A stretch of DNA of 63,860 nucleotides, filler included, from Octopus bimaculoides (Eukaryota): the NCBI RefSeq assembly GCF_001194135.2. It is 9 parts of 7 records of this genome, joined end to end, with 100 filler letters (N's around TTAATTAATTAA, not from the genome) between each part and the next. Parts side by side here need not be neighbours in the genome. Positions count along the whole stretch, not along the records: positions 32,720 to 39,743 come from NC_068991.1; positions 39,844 to 42,011 come from NC_068994.1; positions 42,112 to 46,609 come from NC_068998.1; positions 46,710 to 53,310 come from NC_068991.1; 5 more parts are not named here. One strand, written 5' to 3'. This document shows positions 38,273-50,306 of this stretch, piece after piece. The notes below the pieces were generated by a model. The model had not been told where the DNA came from. It was given only the letters and a program-made list of their open reading frames with translations, and did not search any database. A program made the translations under genes and the position numbers. Numbering within the stretch: position 1 is the stretch's first letter; the number at the start of each line of letters is the position of its first letter.

Positions 38273-38829
38273 GTAAGTATCCTCTCTTTATTCAAGCCCA
38301 GTTCATTGCTCCATCACTCACAGCCACCACCCCAACCATGACCAACACCACCATTTCATTTCTTGTACTCGTGCCATTTTACTGTCAACCAGCACATTCT
38401 CTCTTTAGCTACCACCTCTGTGGTCACTCAACACTTCTTCTTACCTTTGTGTCATTATCTGCCCTAACATGTTTTTCAGTCTTTCTTTTTCTCACAGCAT
38501 CTCCTACACCCACCCACTATTTCCTCTACCTCCCCTTCACACCATCCTCTCTCCACTATCTTATATATACATACATACATGCATACATATACCATATGTT
38601 TCCATGTATAAGACAACCTTTAGATAAGACAAGGTCAAAATTTATAAAAAATTTCATGAATTTGTCTCATGTCTGTAGTATAAGACAACTGTTAAATTAC
38701 AAAATCATTTGCATACAGGTTACCTTTTGCAACAACAGGTTCAATTTGGATTACACACAACCTGTATTTTTCAATAAAACTATTTTATAGTAGTTGCATT
38801 TAAAACATAAGACATTATAATTTTTTTTA

Positions 38830-39554
38830 ATTTCCGTTCAACCCTAACCACTTTTGCACAGCCTTGGCCATGTGAGCTGGGACACCATCCTACTGAAAGA
38901 CGTAGTCTGCCTTCTTCGTGATCTTTCTCACCCAGGGCAGGACTTTCATGACCAAGATGTCCCTGTAGTTGGCTGTGAATCACATCAGTGGCATTTTCTT
39001 GCCATTCAAAGCCACAATGCTGAGCATCATTAAGTAGGCCAGGTGCTTGGTTGTGGACAAGTATCAGACTTTGGAGATGTCCTGGCCGAAGCAGACCACA
39101 TGGTTGTTCTACTTGTTGATGACTGGATCAACAGTGAAGGGATTTTTATCAGAAAAAAATGAGAATTCGTTTGCCATGATACTTGGAGATATTGAGAAGG
39201 CAACAACTTCTGATGTCGTTCTCACATACAGTCGGTGAGCAGAAGCCTTTCCATGCATCTCAAGCTCTTGCTGCCATCCTCCTTGGCGGCCCTGGGCACC
39301 ATGGCCATCAAGATGTTGTTCTTCACGAGCACTGTCATTTTGAGCTGCGGATCACTTTCGAAGGCCTTTCGCATAGCCAAATGGTTGACAACTTGTGATC
39401 TGCCTGATCCAGGTCGATCTTTGAGGTCTTTCTCCTTCTTGAGCCTCTCTGTGACTCTGTGGACAATCATCCAGCTGACGTTGAGCTGCTTGGCCATGTC
39501 AGACTTGTGGCCAGATCACAGCAGAGCAGAGATCTTGATTCTTCTTGCTTCCAT
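38830..39554 (-). mobile_element. Tc1/mariner-superfamily transposase relic
   Basis: ATG at 39554 begins MEARRIKISALL*SGHKSDMAKQLNVSWMIVHRV...DRPGSGRSQ (HTH and GRP-like motif). Downstream Q*DGVPAHMAKAVQKW corresponds to QQDGAPAH. Multiple stops. Confidence 0.85.
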
Positions 39555-39700
39555 CTCAGTTCTCCTACACACAATGGAAAATATGTTTTTATAACACGTG
39601 CTGGAAAAGTAGAACCTTAAGTATGTTTCACAACACTTTTTCTGTCACACATGTTAACCCCTAGAAAGATCAAAACCAAGTGTAACAGGACTTCTGCAAG

Positions 39701-39743
<43 letters not shown>

Positions 39744-42369
39744 NNNNNNNNNNNNNNNNNNNNNNNNNNNNNNNNNNNNNNNNNNNNTTAATTAATTAAN
39801 NNNNNNNNNNNNNNNNNNNNNNNNNNNNNNNNNNNNNNNNNNNCGCTTGAAATCATCATTATTATCATTATTATGGCAGCGTGCAAGCTGGGCTGGAAAG
39901 ATTGCTTAGCGGTATTTCTTCCAACTTTGCGTTCTGAGTTCAAATTCCGTCGAGGTCAAATTTGGACTTTTATGGGCGATAAAGTAAAGCATCATCGAAG
40001 CACTGGGGTCGATGGTAACCAGCCCCTCTCCTCACAAAATACACGGCCTTGTGCCTCAATAAGTTACCATTATTATTATTATTTTTATCACAGCGGACTT
40101 GCTGTCTGCAGCCTACGGTACCATGCTATCTGTTCTTTTCAATTATCTAATTCTTTCCTGGTTATTCTGGCCGTGCCAAAGAGGCAAACCTTTTGTAACA
40201 GTTCTACTGGGCATTGATGCCTTCTGATATTGTCCCCAAGGACCCAACAATAATTGGCAATTACTATAATTGAGTGAGAGAACAGCGCATGCCATCAAAG
40301 TGACACTGGGGTACACATATACGAAGCCCAATATATCCGTCATGACTACCCGTCTGATAAGGGTACACCAGGCACATGCATTACAACCATATGTGCGCGA
40401 CATGGTGATCCCATATCAAGATAAACAGCGCATGACCTTGCAGATGGAACCCAGTTGGAATTTTCTTCAGGTTGAGTAGCCCATCCCGCTCAAAAGGTCC
40501 CTGAATAAGGGCTGTTTAGAGATGTTGAACAAAACACTCATATTTCCAGAGGTGAATTATTCAAACCCCGCAAAATTCCTCACAACACATGGTTATGATG
40601 CCACCACCCAACTACTTCTGTTTGTGATCAGAGATGTACTTAGCATCAACCACTAAAGGACATGCTCATATATATATATATANNNNNNNNNNNNNNNNNN
40701 NNNNNNNNNNNNNNNNNNNNNNNNNNNNNNNNNNNNNNNNNNNNNNNNNNNNNNNNNNNNNNNNNNNNNNNNNNNNNNNNNNNNNNNNNNNNNNNNNNNN
40801 NNNNNNNNNNNNNNNNNNNNNNNNNNNNNNNNNNNNNNNNNNNNNNNNNNNNNNNNNNNNNNNNNNNNNNNNNNNNNNNNNNNNNNNNNNNNNNNNNNNN
40901 NNNNNNNNNNNNNNNNNNNNNNNNNNNNNNNNNNNNNNNNNNNNNNNNNNNNNNNNNNNNNNNNNNNNNNNNNNNNNNNNNNNNNNNNNNNNNNNNNNNN
41001 NNNNNNNNNNNNNNNNNNNNNNNNNNNNNNNNNNNNNNNNNNNNNNNNNNNNNNNNNNNNNNNNNNNNNNNNNNNNNNNNNNNNNNNNNNNNNNNNNNNN
41101 NNNNNNNNNNNNNNNNNNNNNNNNNNNNNNNNNNNNNNNNNNNNNNNNNNNNNNNNNNNNNNNNNNNNNNNNNNNNNNNNNNNNNNNNNNNNNNNNNNNN
41201 NNNNNNNNNNNNNNNNNNNNNNNNNNNNNNNNNNNNNNNNNNNNNNNNNNNNNNNNNNNNNNNNNNNNNNNNNNNNNNNTCATCAGTCGAGTTCCAGATT
41301 ATCTTTGCAATTTTGGCTGCGAATGTATACAAAAACAAGGACAGAAAAAAAACGAACAATGTTACACAAAATGCAATAAAAATAATAACAGGACATAACA
41401 ACAGGTGTTTTTCGACTAAGGACGAATTAAATTAAGCTGGCGTGTGTGAAGCCTTACGGCAGGGATACAAGATTTTACAGGCACAGGGACAGGGAGGAAT
41501 ATCGATGTTGCACGCACAACGGCCGGCCAAGAAAGAAAGATCAGGCATGGCCGAACGATGGTCACGTGGGAAGAGAAGAGAGAGAAGTAGAGAACCTATT
41601 ATACAGACACAAAAGATACATACACATACTTATGATGGAATATAAGAAATAGAGATAAATAAGTAAATATATGAAAGAAGAAAACTTTATAGAGGGCACG
41701 GATACAAGCAATATAGTAAGTAAAACCATATACACACACAAAGCACATACAAAACACATAGACAGGCGTACACACATGCACGCGCGCACACACACACACA
41801 CACACAAATACAGATGCAAACGCATGCGCAGATAAGGATACACAGCATAGAAAGACAGAATGAACTACACAGGACAAGAGGATGAACGTGGGATGGAAGA
41901 GTCATTGAAGAGGTCACAGATGTGTGACGAAAGATTTCCAGACGATGGACATAAGATGAAATAGGATCAATAATAGACGAATGTATGTATATACATATAT
42001 ATATATATATANNNNNNNNNNNNNNNNNNNNNNNNNNNNNNNNNNNNNNNNNNNNTTAATTAATTAANNNNNNNNNNNNNNNNNNNNNNNNNNNNNNNNN
42101 NNNNNNNNNNNAAAAGAGAATAGAGAGGTAACGGGATAGAAGAAAAAGGGACAGAAAACGGGAAAAAAGGATGAAATTTAGGAGACGAGAAGAAAACTAT
42201 TTGCAGCAAATTTTAGCACAAGGTCGGCAATTTTAACAGGAGGGGATTCTTGAGTACATCATCTGCAGTACTTGACTGGTACTTTATTTTTAGCCGTAGA
42301 ATTTAAGCACAAAACGCAAACCCGGAAGAATTGCCTCTGAGCATTTTGTCCGACGCTCTGACGATTCTA

Positions 42370-42920
42370 CAGTCACCGCAGAGAAGATGAAGAAGACAAA
42401 GAAGAAGGAATAAGAGGCGAAGAAGAAAAAGGAGTAGGAGGAGGAGAAGACGAAGAAGAAGAAGAAATAGGAGGCGAAGAAGAAAAAGAAGAGGAAGAAC
42501 ATGAAGAAGAAGGAGGAGGCGAAGAAGAAGAACAAATAGAAGAAAGGAAGAGGAAGACGAAGAAGAATAGAAAGAGAAACAGAGAGTACTGGGCAGAAGT
42601 AAGGAAGAGGGTAAGAGTAAAGAGAGAGGAGGAGGTGGAATAGTAGTAGAGAAAGAGAAGAGAAAGAGAAGAAGAGAAAGAGAAGAAGAGAAAGAGGGAA
42701 AAATACAGTAAATGAAAACAAAATCAAAGAAAAGAAATAAAAATATAAAATAAAATAAGTAAAAGGTTAAAGAGTAAACCAGAGGGAAAGAAGAAAGGCG
42801 AAAGAAGGAGGAAGAGGGGGAGTAGAGCTGTAAGGGAGGGAAGAGGCTAAACAGACAACGAGAGGGAGTGGTGGAAGGTAACAAGAAACATGGGAGGGAA
42901 AGGAGGGTAAGTAGAGAACG
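42370..42920. repeat. Long degenerate (AAG/GAG)n purine-rich tract
   Basis: About 550 bp that are almost all A/G on the plus strand. Confidence 0.9.
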
Positions 42921-43273
42921 AAAGAAGGGGAGGAATGGTTAACCGAGAGGAAGAGCGGTGGGAGGGAGGGTGTTTGGTTGTTGGAGTGATAAGCACCGAA
43001 GTTTCGTTGATGTTGTTACTCTGTCAATGTGACGACGATGGGTGGATGTAAGTACTTTGTGCTTATAGTCATACTGTGTGTGCGTGTGGTGTGTGTATGT
43101 TATGTGTGTGTGTGCGTATGACATACAAATATGAAATACATGTTATGTTATATATAGTATGTATATGTATGTATATTATATTCATAGTTATGTATATCTA
43201 ATCCATGATATATATGTATAAATTATATATACAATGTATATATATTGGATATAGTTTATATAACATTCCTGTA

Positions 43274-43326
<53 letters not shown>

Positions 43327-43359
43327 GTCTATCTGTCTATCTGTCTATCTATCTATCTA

Positions 43360-43397
<38 letters not shown>

Positions 43398-43448
43398 TTG
43401 TCTGTCTATCTATCTGTCTATCTGTCTGTCTATCTGTCTGTCTATCTG

Positions 43449-43513
<65 letters not shown>

Positions 43514-43590
43514 TTGTCTGTCTATCTATCTGTCTATCTGTCTGTCTATCTGTCTGTCTATCTGTCTGTCTATCTATCTGTATGTCTGTC
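43274..43590. repeat. (ATCT)n/(GTCT)n tetranucleotide microsatellite
   Basis: Direct reading. Similar arrays at about 21100-21200, 55110-55170 and 58110-58215. Confidence 0.97.
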
Positions 43591-43928
43591 TGTCTACATA
43601 CATAATGCAGAAGATGTATATAATGGTACACATACACACATACCTATACATATGTATACACACACACTATATATGTTTACATACATGCACAGTTTCATAC
43701 ATATGTCTATTTGCGTGCGTTGGTGTGTTTATGCGCTTCTGTGAGTGTGTGTGTGTATTAGTGTGTGAGTGCGTGTTTGATTGTGTGTGTTAGTGTGCGT
43801 GCGTGCTTGTGTGTGTGTGTGTGTGTGTAAGTTATCAGCCGCTAATTAACAATTTTCTTTTTGTAGCTGTTGTCATTCGGATTAAGTTGAAAACAACGAA
43901 TTAGAACGGGGATCCACCCCCTTTTCTT

Positions 43929-43971
<43 letters not shown>

Positions 43972-44164
43972 TTAACTTCTCTCCCTCTCTCTCCCTCTCT
44001 CTACCCTTCTTCAAGTCTCTCTCCCTCTCCCTCTTTCCTCAGTAACTTCACTCTACTGTTTCTGGTAAGAAATTACATATTTTTTTCCTATTTTCAGACA
44101 ATGTTTTTGCTTTTCTTTCTGTCCGACTTTTCTATTAGTCTTTCTCATCTCAGTCTTCATTTCC

Positions 44165-44177
44165 CATCATCATCGTC

Positions 44178-44218
<41 letters not shown>

Positions 44219-44251
44219 TGTCGTCATCATCATCACCACCATCATCATCAC

Positions 44252-44298
<47 letters not shown>

Positions 44299-44321
44299 CC
44301 ATCACCATCATCATCATCATC
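44165..44321. repeat. (CAT)n trinucleotide microsatellite
   Basis: Direct reading. Adjacent (GTT)n, (GGT)n and (AAC)n/(AAT)n arrays extend to 45000. Confidence 0.97.
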
Positions 44322-44899
44322 AGGTCCTTATCTTATTTTTGATCACATCGGGGCCCTCTTGAGACGGGTGAGAGAACGATCGAAGGAGTACCAGTTATAT
44401 TACCGGGTCCTTTTAACCGACGATCCACCGCCCACAAAACCTCTGACTTTTTGTCTCTAAAGAAGTCGTTATTTATTTATTTTCGTTTTGTTGTCATCGT
44501 CATCATTGTTGTTGTTGTTGTTATTCTCGTTGACGCTGACGTTGTCGATGTTCTCATTGTTGTTGTTGTTGTTGTCGGTGGTGGTGGTGGTGGTGGTGGT
44601 ACTTTTGTTGACGTTGTTGTTGTTGTTGTTGACATTCTTTTACTTGTTTCAGTCGTTATTCGACTGAGGCCATGCTGGGGCAACGCACTGAAGAATTTTG
44701 AGTCGAATGAATCGACCCTTGCACTTATCATTTTTAAAGCTTGGTACTTGTTCTATCGGTTTCTTTTGCCGATCCGCTAAGTTACGGGCACCTGAACACA
44801 TATAACTTCTTTGTTGTAATGTTCTATATTTAAGAGATGAGGAATTATGTACATTATTTTTCGATTTCAAGCAATGACCTGAACAATAACAATAATAAT

Positions 44900-44937
<38 letters not shown>

Positions 44938-44938
44938 A

Positions 44939-44994
<56 letters not shown>

Positions 44995-45331
44995 CAACAT
45001 NNNNNNNNNNNNNNNNNNNNNNNNNNNNNNNNNNNNNNNNNNNNNNNNNNNNNNNNNNNNNNNNNNNNNNNNNNNNNNNNNNNNNNNNNNNNNNNNNNNN
45101 NNNNNNNNNNNNNNNNNNNNNNNNNNNNNNNNNNNNNNNNNNNNNNNNNNNNNNNNNNNNNNNNNNNNNNNNNNNNNNNNNNNNNNNNNNNNNNNNNNNN
45201 NNNNNNNNNNNNNNNNNNNNNNNNNNNNNNNNNNNNNNNNNNNNNNNNNNNNNNNNNNNNNNNNNNNNNNNNNNNNNNNNNNNNNNNNNNNNNNNNNNNN
45301 NNNNNNNNNNNNNNNNNNNNNNNNNNNNNNN

Positions 45332-45368
<37 letters not shown>

Positions 45369-45576
45369 CGGGCTTCTTTCAGTTTCCGTCTACCGAATTC
45401 ACTCACAAGGCCATGGTCAGTCCGTATCTCCATTTGCACACATCTATACACATGTATACACATAGCCATACATAAGTCTGTACACATTCATATTTGCATC
45501 TACATACATTTATACAAAGAACGGTATACACCCGTACACACATCTATCTACATACCTCTATATATCTGTATACACA

Positions 45577-45613
<37 letters not shown>

Positions 45614-46467
45614 CACTCATACATATATATACATCCGACAACTGATGAAGGGTCGTTCTTTGTGTTACTTGTCCTGTTTTCCATTTGTTTTTCTCGTTGT
45701 TTGTGTATTCAACTCATTTGTTTTCGTATTTCATGTTGTTTACTGTTGGTGACATCCTGTACCCATATATGCATATATATATATATATATACATCAATAC
45801 ATCCATATATACATATATAATTATGCATACATCTATACACATCCATTCATACACATATCTATGTATACATCCCTACATACGTATGTATATATACACACAT
45901 ACGCATCCAAAAACACACGTAATCATTCCAGACCAAAGTTTCTGTTTGTAAAGAACGGATTTGAACAAACGTGTTGCTATTTACCTTTGCTTTGTAATTT
46001 CGGACTGAAGAGGCAAAGAATGTCACTAACCTGTCTCTGCTTGTACACAGGGAGATTAATGGCTCATATAAGATTCACATGCATACATACATACATACAC
46101 GTATATATGTATACACGCACACACAGAGGCACGTTTATATGTACATACGCACACACACACAGGCACGTATATGTGTATATATATATGTGTGTGTGTGTGT
46201 GTTTGTGTTTGTGTGTATGCATATATGTATATATATATATTTGCATATATAAATATGTGTATGTGTATATGTGTATGTATATGTTTGTCTATGTATGTAT
46301 GTATGTATGTATGTATGTATCTATCTATCTATCTATCTATATATATATATATATATAGATATGCAGGGTAGGGAATCGTCAATTAGTAATAAAATTAATA
46401 ATTAACAATTTTGCCGGGTAGCTCAGTATGAAAAAACCTTTTCGGTAAAAATCATTTATAATCATAA

Positions 46468-46609
46468 ATATATAGGGATTGACAGTAACCTGCTTCTCCA
46501 ACATACTGAGAATTCAGAAATTTGTAGTTTTGAAATCAGTAGTTCTTTGACTGCTATTTCTGAATTCTCAGTATGTTGGAGAAGCAGGTTACTGTCAATC
46601 CCTATATAT
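46468..46609. repeat. Perfect 54-bp inverted repeat with a 34-nt spacer
   Basis: 46468-46521 is the exact reverse complement of 46556-46609. The right arm ends at a marked gap. Confidence 0.95.
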
Positions 46610-46709
46610 NNNNNNNNNNNNNNNNNNNNNNNNNNNNNNNNNNNNNNNNNNNNTTAATTAATTAANNNNNNNNNNNNNNNNNNNNNNNNNNNNNNNNNNN
46701 NNNNNNNNN

Positions 46710-46761
<52 letters not shown>

Positions 46762-48619
46762 TGAGTGTAACAGGATGTTGTGTGTGTGTGGCATTGTGTG
46801 ATGCTGTCATATTCATTTTCCATTCTGATGTGGGTTGGACAGGTCTTCCTTCACCCATCCCCCTTTCAAGTTCTGAATTGAAACTGGGGTTGCCTGTCTT
46901 TGTGTTCCCCCATTTGTCATCTTATGTTAATGTTAGAAATTGTCACCATTTATTTAGCCCCTTCCCTCCCAGTTAGCCAGCCCTGATGAAAGAGGCATAT
47001 AATCAAAGGGGTTCCATTACTGACCACTCCATCCATATTGCAGACAGTAGGCAGTGAAGTGGCTGAGTCATTAGAGCATCAAAGAGAATAGTTCATGGTA
47101 TTTGTTCTGACTCCCTGTTCTCTGAGTTCAAATCCCACTAAATTTACTTTGCCTTTCATCCTTTCAGAGTCATTAAAAAAAAAGTACCAATCAAAGTCTG
47201 TAGATTGGCAGAACTCTAAGAACATTGGACTGAATACTTTGTGGTATTAATCCTACCTCTTTGTACTCCAGGTTCAAATCCTGTTATGTCTTACTGCAGT
47301 GGTAAACCTAACCCTTTACTTAGTTTAACTACCCCACCTGACACTATAGGTACTTTTTTTGGCATCTACTCTGTTGCAGGGATTTGGGCCAGGTTGGTGT
47401 TTATGACAGCTCGAATGCCTCCTCTACAGCCTTCATCACCATTTTGTTCAGCGACTAACATGATACTCTAAGCTTGCATCATGTCCCCTCCACAACTTTC
47501 TCCAGAGTCTTACAGACCCCTTTTGAAAGGAGAAAGGGAACAGATTGTAGTGAAATATAACCCAACTAGAGGACACGCAGTTGCAGATGCCCTGGAATGG
47601 GTCTTGGGCTCTACATTCCCTCCTAACTAAAAGTTAGAAAATATTTAGAGTCAAACATTCAAAAGAGGTTGTGGTATGATTTGAGAGAGATTCAGCTACT
47701 ACTTCTAACAAGTCAAGTAACAACATTCATGTTTTTCTTTTGGTTTCATTATTATTGTTGTTAGATCTAGCCTGGATATTTTTATTTTATACCAAATTTT
47801 GGGGTTTATCTGTATTTTTGTCCTTCACTATCATTCTTGCTTACACTGTATCCAGCCACTATGAAATTTAGTGCTTCTATTGTTGTTCAGTTTATTGGTT
47901 GCTTGGGTGTCTTCTCTGATGGCTCAAGAACTACTAAAATTAGAAATTATAAATTTTTAGATAATAATAATTATTATTATAAATAACAGGCACAAATATG
48001 TTTGTGTGATTGAGCAGTTCACTTCCTAACCATGTGGTTTTCGGTTCACTCCCACTGCATGGCACCATGGGCATGTGTTCTCTTCAGTGCTGGCCAACCA
48101 ATTCTTTGTGGGTGGATTTAATAGACAGAAATTGTAAAAAAAAAAAAAAAAAGCCTGCCACGAGTGTGTGTGAGTATGTATGCGTGAGTGGACGATTGTT
48201 TTATGTCTGTGTCTCTAAAAACTGAATTACAAGCAGTGACTTTGTTGTCATTTTCTCTGTTAACAACACATCTTCTGGCTTTGCACCTTCTACAGTGTAT
48301 GAAATAAGGGATCCTTTATTTGAAAATGTTTAGCTATAGGAAGGGCTTTGGGCTATAAAGCAATGCCTGACTAACATAGTCACCTAATCCATGCTGACGT
48401 GGAAAATTGGACATAAAATGAACAAACGAAAGGTAAAGAAATCACTTTCTGTATGTTTTTCCAAATTATATGCAGTGGTTGGTGTTAGGAAGGGCTTCCA
48501 GTTGTAAAACCCTTGCCAAAACAGACACAGTAGATTTGGGTAGATTTTCTGCCTGGCTGGCTCTTGTCAACTGTCCTACCCCTGCATGCATGGAAGATGG
48601 ATGTTAAATGATGATGATA

Positions 48620-48950
48620 TGTGAAATGGCAGCAACATATGATAACATGTCAAGTGAATGCCTTTATGGAGACCTGCCGAAAGTTAGCAAGAAGATCAGG
48701 CAAAGATGGCTGTGATTGTCTGGTCACTGTGAATGCTACCCTAAACTGGAAGCATCCAAAATTATTCTTGTGGAATCCACTTCATGGTGATATCAGAAGA
48801 GGAAAATTTCATCACACATCGGCAACTTGATTGCAGATACTGGTCTAGAATGTATCCAGGATATCAAGGCAGTGATGTTGGACTGAAAAGTATGGTGGGT
48901 GAACTTTGTCGCTGTGGCCTGGGTTGGAATCTGGCCATAATAAATAATTA
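48620..48950 (+). mobile_element. RTE-type LINE C-terminal fragment (a second lineage)
   Basis: Across frameshifts: WQQHM, LYGDLPKVSKKIRQRWL.LSGHC, PKLEASKLFLWNPLHG..RRG, IADTGLECIQDIKAVMLD. Confidence 0.8.
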
Positions 48951-50275
48951 TAGTTATACTAGAAATAAAACGCCATTTGCCATGCTGGCATGAAAGTGCT
49001 GAATAGTCATGGATTAAGTCAGTTTCTGAGGCCCACACATTACTCATACATTCCATTTTTGGCATGGTTTCTACAGCTAGATGCTCTTTATAATACCCAA
49101 TCACTTCTCTAAGTGTACTGGGTGCATTTTATCGTAGCATCAGCTCTAAAGATGTGGCTACGGACCCTGCAAGACAAAAGCATTCTTAATATGTTGTCTA
49201 TGTTCTTTCACATGTAATCGAGACAGTGAATAGAAGAGGGTGACAAAAGAAAGGGTATGTGTATGAAAGGGGGGAAAATGGAGTGATATGGATGGGAGGA
49301 GGTGGAGATAATAGGGAAAATGGTAGGGATAGATATATCTCTTTTACTCTTTACTCTTTTACTTGTTTCAGTCATTTGACTGTGGTCATGCTGGAACACT
49401 ACCTTTAGTCGAGCAAATCGACCCCAGGACTTATTCTTTGTAAGCCTAGTACTTATTCTATCGGTCTCTTTTGCCGAACCGCTAAGTTACGGGGACATAA
49501 ACACACCAGCATCGGTTGTCAAGCGAAGTTGAGGGGACAAACACAGACACACACACACACCTACACACACACACACACANNNNNNNNNNNNNNNNNNNNN
49601 NNNNNNNNNNNNNNNNNNNNNNNNNNNNNNNNNNNNNNNNNNNNNNNNNNNNNNNNNNNNNNNNNNNNNNNNNNNNNNNNNNNNNNNNNNNNNNNNNNNN
49701 NNNNNNNNNNNNNNNNNNNNNNNNNNNNNNNNNNNNNNNNNNNNNNNNNNNNNNNNNNNNNNNNNNNNNNNNNNNNNNNNNNNNNNNNNNNNNNNNNNNN
49801 NNNNNNNNNNNNNNNNNNNNNNNNNNNNNNNNNNNNNNNNNNNNNNNNNNNNNNNNNNNNNNNNNNNNNNNNNNNNNNNNNNNNNNNNNNNNNNNNNNNN
49901 NNNNNNNNNNNNNNNNNNNNNNNNNNNNNNNNNNNNNNNNNNNNNNNNNNNNNNNNNNNNNNNNNNNNNNNNNNNNNNNNNNNNNNNNNNNNNNNNNNNN
50001 NNNNNNNNNNNNNNNNNNNNNNNNNNNNNNNNNNNNNNNNNNNNNNNNNNNNNNNNNNNNNNNNNNNNNNNNNNNNNNNNNNNNNNNNNNNNNNNNNNNN
50101 NNNNNNNNNNNNNNNNNNNNNNNCAGATCTTCTTAGCTGAGACTCCAGCTAAGAAGATCTGAAGAAGGAATTGTAATTCCGAAATATCATCGGGCTATAG
50201 ATAACCAAATTACAACAGGTATATAGTCCATTTCTTGTTTTATAGTGCATTGTTGTACCATTCTAAACTTTTATT

Positions 50276-50306
<31 letters not shown>

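Noticed and set aside
40634-41435. Long ORF-track entries spanning N runs (also 49516, 50842, 60416 and others)
   Set aside because: Their length comes from X residues in the gaps.
43245-46371. YLSI, YIYI, CVCV, poly-Ser and poly-Asn ORFs
   Set aside because: They are microsatellite translations.
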